Shown: piece by piece, positions 46,001 through 53,400 of the stretch
Position numbering within the stretch: position 1 is the stretch's first letter
Layout of the letters: every line of letters begins with the position of its first letter
From: Kiritimatiellia bacterium
GTDB lineage: Bacteria; Verrucomicrobiota; Kiritimatiellia; RFP12; UBA1067
Direction of reading: 5' to 3'
NCBI GenBank assembly: GCA_017406465.1
Contig: JAFQYM010000030.1
Span: 31,684-95,683, forward strand
DNA: 64,000 bases
Made by a program: the position numbers and the translations under genes
Notes under the pieces: generated by a model
Told to the model about the DNA's origin: nothing
What the model saw: only the letters and a program-made list of their open reading frames with translations
Database searches by the model: none

Positions 46001-47696
46001 CGTCCGTGGCGCACGAAATCGTCACAAGTGTGTTTGGATAGAAGATTCCCCCGTTGGGCGAAATCATCGGCGGCGCGGCAGACTTGACGTTTATGACCAT
46101 GTCGCATCCCCAGGAGTTTCCACAGGCCACGCTTTTCCCCGCGTCATTGATCCAGCACATGCCAACGTCAAGAGTCACACTCGAGCTAGCGCTCCTTGTT
46201 GTCGTTGCCTTGGCCGACACACTGTAACCAGTCGCTTTCACGGTGTACGACTTGTCCGCGTCGACTACAAACGCATATATTCCCGATTCGCTTGTCGCCG
46301 TGCTGGCGATCGGCTCGTCGGAATCGGCAGAGAAGATCGCGACATCCACGTTGGGAAGGGGAGTGCCCTCTTCATCGGTAACGCGCCCGGACACTATTTC
46401 CCCGTTTGTCTCGGGGAATATATTGTATATGACCGATTCCACCATCGTAGACTCGTATTGGCCGTCGGCCGTCGTGATGTACGGCAAGGCATACCATACG
46501 TTGTCTTCACCTGACCACCCGAGGTTGACATGCGTATAGAGGGTCCCGTCTGAATAGCCGTAGCCGTCGGCGAAGGCGATGTGCCCGACAAATCCAAGGA
46601 TCACTGGCAGTCCTGCGTCAAGATTCGAGCAGACGATGCGATTGCGGAAACTCTCGTCCTTTAGATCCTTCTCGCATGCGCATACTATGGCGTTTTTGTA
46701 TCCAAAGTCTTCTATCAGCACCGATGCCGAGCCTGCTCCGCCTGAAGAACTGGCCTCCTCGTCCCACCACATCCTCATTGCGACACCGCAGTCGTATGTC
46801 AGTTTCCCGATGGCGGCCAGCTGGGTCTCGGTCGCCCCTCCTGCGTACCAAGGCACATATTCGTATGCCTCGGGAATAAGTGGCATGCTGTCATAGTCGT
46901 ATTCTCCGCCAAACATCGTCATGAACGCGTTTTTAGTCCGAACCTTGCAGCCCTTGGTCTTTGCCTTGACGGACTTTGGGTACTCGTGATAACGCATGAT
47001 TTGCGCAAGAGTCGTCGCAACGCATCCGCACGGATAGTTGCTTGGGGTGTAGTAGTTGTAGCAATTGGTGCCCATGTTGATGTATATGGAGTTGTTCTCT
47101 TGCCCCCACATTGACTTTACAAACGGCTCGACACGGACGTCGGAAACAGATTCGGCCGGGTCGGTGGCCGATTTCAGCATGTTCCTTGATCCCTTGGCCG
47201 AAGATGACGTTCTTGCGCCTTCCGAAAGGAGCCGATCCCACTGCCTTTGGGTGGCCGTGCGCTGCTGTTCCTCGGCCGTCGAAGTCAGGAGCCGGACCTT
47301 GCGAGCGGGAGTCGCGGGTTCGTTTGCGCGGGTGCGCATTGCGATATCGGCCTTGAGGATGTCCAAGAGCGGGCTGTTGCAGTCGCCCTTGCGCAGATTG
47401 CCTGTCGGCGAGAATGCAATGACCGGCTGGACAAGATCGTCTGCGCCCATGACGACGAAACCGCCGCCGTCAAGCGAGACGACGTGCATTTTCGCGTTGT
47501 CCGCCTCTAAGGTCTCGCCGTCCGCGGCGGATCTGCCGCGGAGACCATCCATGGAGTAGCCGAGGTTTATCCACGCCTGCGCTGCCGTCTTCGCGGACTC
47601 AAGCGAGACTTCTGCGGCATTTGAGATGGCCGGCGGGAAAAACAGTGCTGCGACTGCAATGGCCGAGGATGTCCAAGAAATGGATATCTTCTTCAT
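43095..47696 (-). CDS. Large secreted C10 (streptopain-like) peptidase with Spi/I69 prodomain, CHB_HEX_C-like, putative Ig and B-repeat domains
   Basis: GGFVVMGADD..QPVIAFS (I69-like), PCGCVATTLAQIMRY, GHIAFADGY, HVNLGWSG, YTTDGTDPT, repeated SGLP.G, G.VTGAGSY.YGKKV.LKATANAGF.F. Confidence 0.85.
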   Translation of the reverse strand: MKKISISWTSSAIAVAALFFPPAISNAAEVSLESAKTAAQAWINLGYSMDGLRGRSAADGETLEADNAKMHVVSLDGGGFVVMGADDLVQPVIAFSPTGNLRKGDCNSPLLDILKADIAMRTRANEPATPARKVRLLTSTAEEQQRTATQRQWDRLLSEGARTSSSAKGSRNMLKSATDPAESVSDVRVEPFVKSMWGQENNSIYINMGTNCYNYYTPSNYPCGCVATTLAQIMRYHEYPKSVKAKTKGCKVRTKNAFMTMFGGEYDYDSMPLIPEAYEYVPWYAGGATETQLAAIGKLTYDCGVAMRMWWDEEASSSGGAGSASVLIEDFGYKNAIVCACEKDLKDESFRNRIVCSNLDAGLPVILGFVGHIAFADGYGYSDGTLYTHVNLGWSGEDNVWYALPYITTADGQYESTMVESVIYNIFPETNGEIVSGRVTDEEGTPLPNVDVAIFSADSDEPIASTATSESGIYAFVVDADKSYTVKATGYSVSAKATTTRSASSSVTLDVGMCWINDAGKSVACGNSWGCDMVINVKSAAPPMISPNGGIFYPNTLVTISCATDGAVIKYTTDGTDPTEESEEYCGPFEISSSVTVKARAFKEDLNCSIISEATFERDAFIGFGLGSPYTLWAGLAPDLSDIIATVAENGWTLTVSGLPQGIAYDAPNRRLSGIAAKEGRTTVTFTARKDGKKKVVTAGFNVLFPKLSADVVDCDGASAPQMGKVTGAGSYPYGKKVALKATANAGFAFCGYYLDGELVDESRNAALSLEMPAEDLALEARFATLADDAKAIALEMDGHSFENPSDTLLTNVMCGISLQWPVAATALSATTVKVAGLPSGLKFAAKDVVDSKTKEVLVPANTIYGAPSAASKVDAKTGHITPSEVKITVTTAGKSTKTYVVRITVDPLPSWAVGNFEGSVASRGVATMSITAAGKISGKIALDGTNWTFKADSFTIESETTGTTNLLIGLSATAGKITRDLALALTDFKAEYLSVDSATGAAAGSFGSDDTTLYRIIWSDKSDAFAAGLVATYAGAYSFSAGYGNASCEIAFALDEKGAVKGSADIPDGAKSRKASFSANALAEPTGLHVVVAIPPDAKKGYPAVFKDVNLVAHHGENYGDNVYRDPGIVATIESLTQDSGATGKISMTPKYGQVAAGKDVSLTAKADKGFVFSRWVITGGDAKIPDPFAATIKLRMDGMNDIFITAQFVTAQEDKDAIGLEVDSSNLNGAASGTANAPVNRYCGVALDWPIVPDGLSKTTVKVAGLPAGLKLVQNKTTGEYSVTGVPTTASKVDAKTGAVTPSKVVFTVTTAGKSSETFSFDFQVNSLPAWAVGNFYGTAWDADANAVGAIQALTVSPAGKISGKMLVDNLTWALTASSYDSTEDGIFLATVIGKNGKAMITNVITVASSIVDTDLPAIGEVSCDEWSAWQNLWKRADTKTSMPVFKRDFKVEQEDGLVLTFKKDGVVSFANGATKVSGTSQLVKTGKGYQVMTFAPPKVGSDGLHRMFSVGIKVDEQNSVTECEAFPVDL

Positions 47697-47702
47697 GCGC
47701 GC

Positions 47703-47711
47703 ATTATATCA
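47703..47711 (-). promoter_or_regulatory. Extended -10 for the C10 gene (leaderless)
   Basis: TGATATAAT on the minus strand, 6 nt before the ATG. Confidence 0.65.
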
Positions 47712-47770
47712 AATTTTCCGCGTTTTGCCACTAGGGATCCTTGTGTAAAATAAGGATACGTAAAAAATCA

Positions 47771-47870
47771 AAAAAAGTTTGTCATCGGCTGTCATCGGGC
47801 GCATACATTCACTTGGTTAAACTTGTTGCTCGAACCGAAGCGTCATCTTCAGCGCTTCGGTTTCGTGTTT
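47771..47870 (+). repeat. 100-bp direct repeat, copy 2
   Basis: Offset 4821 bp from copy 1; 96 of 100 positions identical. Confidence 0.95.
47778..47805 (+). promoter_or_regulatory. Candidate ECF/alternative-sigma promoter, copy 2
   Basis: A-tract, TTTGTCATCG, N11, GCGCATA. Confidence 0.5.
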
Positions 47871-47871
47871 C
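47811..47871 (+). ncRNA. Candidate ~60-nt sRNA, copy 2
   Basis: Identical to copy 1 except one change at the loop edge (47852). Confidence 0.4.
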
Positions 47872-47930
47872 TAGGGTATGTCGCCTTTTGCGATTTTAGC
47901 CACAAAGAGCAGGAGAAACAGAAGGAGAGT

Positions 47931-48048
47931 CAGTAGTTGGAGTCCAGAGTTGGAGTTGGGGAGTGGAGTTGGCGGCGGAGCGAAGGCCTGGGCGAGGGGA
48001 TGCGGCGTGTTCGCCGAGGGCCCCTGAGGAGGAGCCTTCGGACGTCGC
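47931..48048 (+). repeat. GAGTTG-type tandem repeats followed by a nested REP-like palindrome
   Basis: agttgg/gagttg units at 47935-47972; CGAAGGC (47981) pairs with GCCTTCG (48034); GGCGA (47991) pairs with TCGCC (48011). Confidence 0.5.
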
Positions 48049-48071
48049 TAGACAAAAAAATTAAAAAATTT

Positions 48072-48099
48072 TTTGTCATCGCCAGCGTCGGCGTGCATA
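48072..48099 (+). promoter_or_regulatory. Candidate ECF/alternative-sigma promoter, copy 3 (outside the direct repeat)
   Basis: A-tract, TTTGTCATCG, N11 (a different spacer sequence), GTGCATA. Confidence 0.5.
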
Positions 48100-48186
48100 T
48101 TGCTTATTAGCAGACCCAATAAAATCAAGGGTTTTGCGCGTTTTTGCGGGGTAATTTTACCCACGAAATTTTTTTTGTATACCCCC

Positions 48187-48216
48187 TTGCGCACAGCACA
48201 CAAGATATGCTATAAT
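48187..48216 (+). promoter_or_regulatory. Sigma70 promoter of the surface-protein operon
   Basis: TTGCGC, 18-nt spacer, TATAAT preceded by TGC. Confidence 0.7.
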
Positions 48217-48222
48217 GTCCGC

Positions 48223-48441
48223 GTTCTCGAACAACAAGGAGGATTCGGACGATGTGTCCGGGCCTTGGTTAACAGACCGGGGCACAACGAAAGTTGACTC
48301 TGAAGTTGCGAGAGGACAACAAGTTAACCACCTGAAGTGGACTTGAGTGAAGGCGGTCGGGTGATCGCAAGAGCTCTGGAAAGCGGAAGGTACCGGAGAA
48401 GGGTCCAACAAGCCCGACTCCAAAAAAAGGAAAAAAACAAA
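48223..48441 (+). ncRNA. Structured ~220-nt 5' leader (candidate cis-regulatory RNA)
   Basis: Hairpins with GNRA loops (CAAC-GAAA-GTTG, C-GAGA-G, TC-GCAA-GA, CT-GGAA-AG); long-range GTCGGG/CCCGAC; three CAACAAG motifs. Confidence 0.5.
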
Positions 48442-49203
48442 ATGAAGAAGCTCATGATTGCTTGCGCTGTTGCGGCTACGACCGTCGGCGCTTTCGCGGG
48501 TGGCTGCGGTGACGACGATCCCGTCGTTGTTCAGGATCCTGTCAACCAGGTCTATCGTCTCTCCTTCACGGGCAAGACGACTGACGGCGTTCCGGGCAAG
48601 GATATTGTCACGCCCGTCTTCTGCGGCGATGACGACGTTCAGGACGGCTGCGTTGTTCGCGTCCCGGCGAACCTCAAGATCGAGGGCTGGGTTGTTCTCT
48701 GCGACATCACCTGCGGCACGATCCTCGACGTGTTCAACGCTCCGAAGAGCCAGGCCTACTGGACCACGAAGCCCTACAAGGCTGACATTCCGGATGGCGC
48801 TGCTACGTTCGATCTCATCAACGTGATCGGCAAGAAGGGCAAGGATGCTGAGGCTGCTGGTAAGTTCACTGGTACCGTTACGTACGCTGCGGACTATACG
48901 TGGTCGCTTGGCGACGGCCTTGTTTTCGCGGGCCTTGGAAAGACCGCGGTCAAGAACGGCAGCTGGGCGTACTTCCCGTCCTTCTCGGGCAACTTCGCTG
49001 GCTCGCCTGTCGCGTCCTGGTACATCAAGGGCAACGTCTGCGAGCAGACGCATGTCTGGGAGCCCTGCACGATGGCCGTCAACTGCGACGAGACCCCGAA
49101 CACGGTTGCGTTCGGCAAGTGGGCGATGAAGTATGATGCCGCGGCCACGAAGAAGGTTGCGACGACGAATCCTAGCAAGCCGTCTTACGCGACGATCCAC
49201 TAA
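48442..49203 (+). CDS. Secreted Cys-rich hypothetical protein, probably highly expressed
   Basis: Signal peptide MKKLMIACAVAATTVGAFA; 8 Cys in the mature part; many GCT/GTT/GGT codons, unlike neighbours; SD AAGGA. Confidence 0.85.
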   Translation: MKKLMIACAVAATTVGAFAGGCGDDDPVVVQDPVNQVYRLSFTGKTTDGVPGKDIVTPVFCGDDDVQDGCVVRVPANLKIEGWVVLCDITCGTILDVFNAPKSQAYWTTKPYKADIPDGAATFDLINVIGKKGKDAEAAGKFTGTVTYAADYTWSLGDGLVFAGLGKTAVKNGSWAYFPSFSGNFAGSPVASWYIKGNVCEQTHVWEPCTMAVNCDETPNTVAFGKWAMKYDAAATKKVATTNPSKPSYATIH

Positions 49204-49228
49204 GGTTCGAAAGCAGTAGAAATGCTGC

Positions 49229-49275
49229 GACAACAGCAGGGGGTATCTCAAGACGCCTCCTGCTGTTGTCCTCTT
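49229..49275 (+). terminator. Long hairpin, terminator or processing/stabilising stem
   Basis: GACAACAGCAGG...CCTGCTGTTGTC (12-bp perfect outer stem) followed by ctctt. Confidence 0.6.
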
Positions 49276-49291
49276 AAAGGGTTATAAGTTG

Positions 49292-50440
49292 ATGAAATTT
49301 AGCGTGAGGGTTTGTTTCTCGTCTATTTTGTTCGCGGCGTTGCTTGTTGGCTGCGGACGGAATGAGCATTCAAGGGCACCTGGCGAGTATGTTGGCGGCG
49401 TCCCTCTTCTTATGGATGAGTTGTCGAATGGCGATGTGGTTTTCATCGTAAATGGCGAGAAGTACACCAAGCGCGATTTTCGGACGGCTGTTTCGCTGGC
49501 GGACAAGATGCGTCGGATGTGTGCGGGCGATCCTTTGACGGGCCCGAACAAGCCGGCTCAGGAGTATTCAAGATGGGCGCGGCCCCGCACGCTGAGCGAT
49601 GCCTTTCGCCGGGTGCTGATGCGCCAGTATACGAAGAAGAATGGCATCACGCCGACGCAGGAAGAGATCGACGAGTCCGCGATGCGCGTTCTCATGAATC
49701 TCAAGCGTGGGAAGTCGACGCTCGATGCTGTCGAGAAGGAGTTTGGCAAGGCGGACGGGAAGCTTTTCCGCCAGTATGTTCTTGATGACGCGACCGAGCA
49801 GGCGGCGCGGCGGTTTGTGGACGACAAGGGAACTTTGAACATCACGGACGACGACGTGATCAACATTTCAAACAGGATTGCCAGGTTTCAGGCCCGCGCG
49901 GCGGCGTCGAACGCGGTCGAGAAGGCGATTCTCGAGAAGGCAATCGCCGAAATCGCTGCGGGCAAGGATTTCGCGGAGGTCGCGAAGGCGTATTCGCGAG
50001 ATCCGGAGCAGGGTGCGCTGTGGGAGACGAGCTACCTCGACGAGATGGAGTCGAGCCCTGCGTTGATGAAGTGGGCTTCGAGCGCCAAGGCCGGCGATGT
50101 CTCGGGCATTCTCGAGCTTGATGATGGTTGGGCGATCGTAAAAGTCGTTTCGAGGCGCGACGAGGACATTCCGCCCGGAGTCATTAAGATACCACGGGAA
50201 ATATGGGAACTTGTGCGCGTCTCGAGAAACCTTTTCGAGTCTCCGCCCGACATGGATCGCGAGGAAATCGTCGCGAAGCTTCGTGAGTTCAGGAATAAGG
50301 ACCTCCAGAAGAAGATCGGCGACCTGATCATGAAGGAGGCCGTCATCGAATGGCCGAACGGCACGAACCTCTTTGTAAAGGCGGCGGCTCCGGCGGTCAA
50401 GAAGGATCCGCCGGAGGCGAAGTCCGCGGAGGACAAGTGA
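49292..50440 (+). CDS. PrsA/SurA-like parvulin PPIase lipoprotein
   Basis: Lipobox LLVGC; SurA-N-like helical region; rotamase-like GKDFAEVAKAYSRD...GDVSGILELDDGWAIVKV. Confidence 0.75.
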   Translation: MKFSVRVCFSSILFAALLVGCGRNEHSRAPGEYVGGVPLLMDELSNGDVVFIVNGEKYTKRDFRTAVSLADKMRRMCAGDPLTGPNKPAQEYSRWARPRTLSDAFRRVLMRQYTKKNGITPTQEEIDESAMRVLMNLKRGKSTLDAVEKEFGKADGKLFRQYVLDDATEQAARRFVDDKGTLNITDDDVINISNRIARFQARAAASNAVEKAILEKAIAEIAAGKDFAEVAKAYSRDPEQGALWETSYLDEMESSPALMKWASSAKAGDVSGILELDDGWAIVKVVSRRDEDIPPGVIKIPREIWELVRVSRNLFESPPDMDREEIVAKLREFRNKDLQKKIGDLIMKEAVIEWPNGTNLFVKAAAPAVKKDPPEAKSAEDK

Positions 50441-50483
50441 CTTTCAAGAAACGGAACACATGCAGAGAAGGAAGGAGAACAAC

Positions 50484-53400
50484 ATGAAAATCAAGGGACA
50501 ACTTGTACTATCCGCCCTCGCCGCAGCCGCGACGTTGCTGGCGGTCGCCGATTCGCGAGTCGAGTCGTCGTCCGACGCGCAGCTTTTCGAATTCTTCACG
50601 GCCGACCGCGCGCCAGTCGGTTCGGAAATCCAATTGGGCGTCTGGAACTCCGACATCGACGCCTGCATCGAACTTGCCAAGGAGACGGGCATCCCGATGA
50701 TCGGCGTCTGGAGCCGCGAGGGTTGCGCGCACTGCAAGATCCTCGAGCACGCGATCATGTCCGACGTGTTCCGCGAGTGGATTAAGAAGAGCGGGCTCAT
50801 CCTCGGCTTTTCGACCTCTCTCGACTCGGCGACCTTGAGCGGAGCGGATCAGGCGACGCGCGCCAAGCACTATCCGGGCGTCGTCTTCGACGAGGGCGGC
50901 GGACGTCAGCAGGCGGCGAATCCTGCGTCTGGCACGCCGACGGGCTATACGGGCGACGGACGCTACTGGAAGTGGTGCAAGGGGCCGGAAAACCTCTCGA
51001 ACTACCCGGAAGTCCGCTTCTTCTGGTACGAGGACGGAAAGAAGAAAGTCGACTTCGCCGTTCTCGGCGACAAGGTCGACGGCCAGCAGGGAATCTACAT
51101 GGGTTCGTACGACAAGGCCGGCCAGAACTGCATCAACTACATCACGAACAAGACGGGTTTCAAGCCCTATCTCGATAATCCGAAGTCGCTGTCGTCCTAT
51201 ATGGGCGGCACGTTTGAGGACGGCTACACGGACGGCAACCGCCTCGAGGCAGAAGAGGGCACTGGCGAGATTTCGTTCGACATGGTGCGCGGCGAAGCCG
51301 CCGCGGCCGTCGCGACGAACAACACCGTGAAGGTAGTCGGTCCCGACAAGCAGGTTGCCGAGACGGTCGTCGTCGAGTGGGAGGAGGGCGAGGACCAGAA
51401 GACCGTGACGGTCGACATGTCGAAGGTGAATTTCTCGAAGAACGGCGACAAGGCGCTTCTCATCGCTGTCGACGCCGATGGCAACGAGCAGGCGACGAAC
51501 ACCGTCACCTACGTTACGGGTTCTGGCGAGAGTTCGGGCAATCCGCTTTGGATTGGCGAGCGCAAGGCGACAACGGCGGATGGCGACATCCCTGTTCTCC
51601 AGTTCGGCGAATGGACGATGGACCTCGACGTCGCGAAGGCCAAGGTTGCGGACGCCGACGGCGACGCCTTTACGCTCGTCTCCGTCCAGGGTGCGCTCTG
51701 GTGCCCGGACTGCGCCAACACCGAGCGCAACTTCACGGACGTGGAGGATGGATCCGGAAATAATAGGTTCGCCGCCTGGGCGGCTGCAAATCAGGTTGCG
51801 CTTGTCGCAATCGACGTGCCCTCGTTCGCCACGAACAACATCGACAACATCTCGCGTCCGACGCTTCTTTCGCGCAAGGCGATTTCCACGACGCTGGCGC
51901 GCGCGAGGGAGTATCCGGCGTCTGGCGCAGAAGCCTCGCTTACGAACGCGATGGTTCGGAGCGGACTTGGGTATCTCACGCGCAAAGGCGTTTCGGATGA
52001 AGTTGCGGCGGACTATCTTGAACGCAATCGGCAGCTCGTAACGACTGACTTCTCCGAGGGTGGTTTTCATAGTGTGGCGGACAGTTCGCCGTTCCGCACC
52101 GGCGTTCCGATCTTCGTGGTCCTCGACAAGGAAGGAATCGTCAAGGCGCGCCTGACGCGCTTCGCGAGCGTGAGCCCGATGTCCGACCTTGACTGGGACA
52201 GCGCCATCAAGCGCTTCGACGAGCTGCTGGCGATTGCGCGGGACGGCAGCGCGCATGCCGACGGCGGCGTTCTCGAGAACGACTTCCCGTCGGCTGACCT
52301 CGAGGGCTTCACGGCGAACGGTGGAAGGGTTTCCGGGGAGATTTCGCACTGCGACTTCAGGGATGTCTACAAGCTGCAGAACTTCGGCGGCAACGCCGTG
52401 CTGCAGGTCGACGCCGTGGGCGAGTCCGACGCGGAGGTCTCGCTGGCCTTCGTGACGCTCGATGCCGCGGGCAGGAAGACGACGGTCACGAACGCGGTCG
52501 GCCGGCTCTCGGACGGCGTTTCGCTGCGGAACATGTTCGCGAGCGCGGGCGAGTATTACGTCGAGATCTCTGGCGCGAGCTACGATGCAGCGGACTTTGC
52601 CGTTGCGAATCCGACCGCTCTCGCCTTCCATACCTACACTCTCTCCGGTGCGGTCGTCCTCGTTCCTGGCGAGGTGCGCTCCACGGCGTCCGCTCCCGAA
52701 GGGCAGACGACCGTCACGATGGAGCTCGTAGAGGGGACACGCTACCGCATCGAGGGACTTGCGGACGATCCTGGAGACTCGCTCGAGAAGTCCGGCGAAG
52801 ACTTCTATGTCGCGAAGACCACTGGCAGCGCCCAGCTTTCCGTCGCGACGGCGGGCGGCGAGGTCGTGTACCAGATTTGGAATCCTGGCTCCGTCGGCTT
52901 TGTTGCGGCCGCCAAGAAGGTGAAGGAGAGCGTCGGCGACGTCGAGGTGGCGATTGCGCGCACGGAGGGGACGTCCGGCGCCGTGACGGTGAAGGTCGCG
53001 CTTGATGAGGACGCGACGACGCTGTACGACAGCGATGGGAAGGCGCGCTTTGCGTTCGCGGAGACCGAGATCACATGGGCGGAGGGCGCGAACTTCACGA
53101 CGAACTTGACGATTTCCGTTTACGACGACACCCGGTTCGACGGAAACGGCGACGTGGCGCTCAAGCTCGCGCTCGTCGCGGACGAGAACGGCGACACGAC
53201 GCTCGGGCTGACGAACTACGTGCTGACGGTGACGGAGGACGACAAGCAGTCCGCCGGCAAGGCCGCGTTCACGGGGGCCGAACCGTTCTTCTCGAAGAAG
53301 GCCACGGTGTACGCCCGCGAGAGCGAGGGCGCGACGGTTTACGCCGAGCGCATCGAGGCCTCCGACGGCTTCGTGACGGTGAAGGTGAACGCGACGAACG

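Noticed and set aside
42950-47870. Direct repeats as a CRISPR array
   Set aside because: Only two 100-bp copies separated by 4.7 kb, and no cas genes.
47878-48027. 49-codon ORF after repeat copy 2
   Set aside because: No SD, composition dictated by tandem repeats, and no recognisable features.
48337-48441. N-terminal extension of the 48442 gene listed in the ORF track
   Set aside because: The signal peptide and SD fit ATG 48442; the extension lies in the structured leader.
48223-48441. Known riboswitch or CsrB-like sRNA call for the leader
   Set aside because: I could not match consensus elements of known riboswitches; the GGA motifs are not consistently in hairpin loops. Kept only as a novel-structure candidate.
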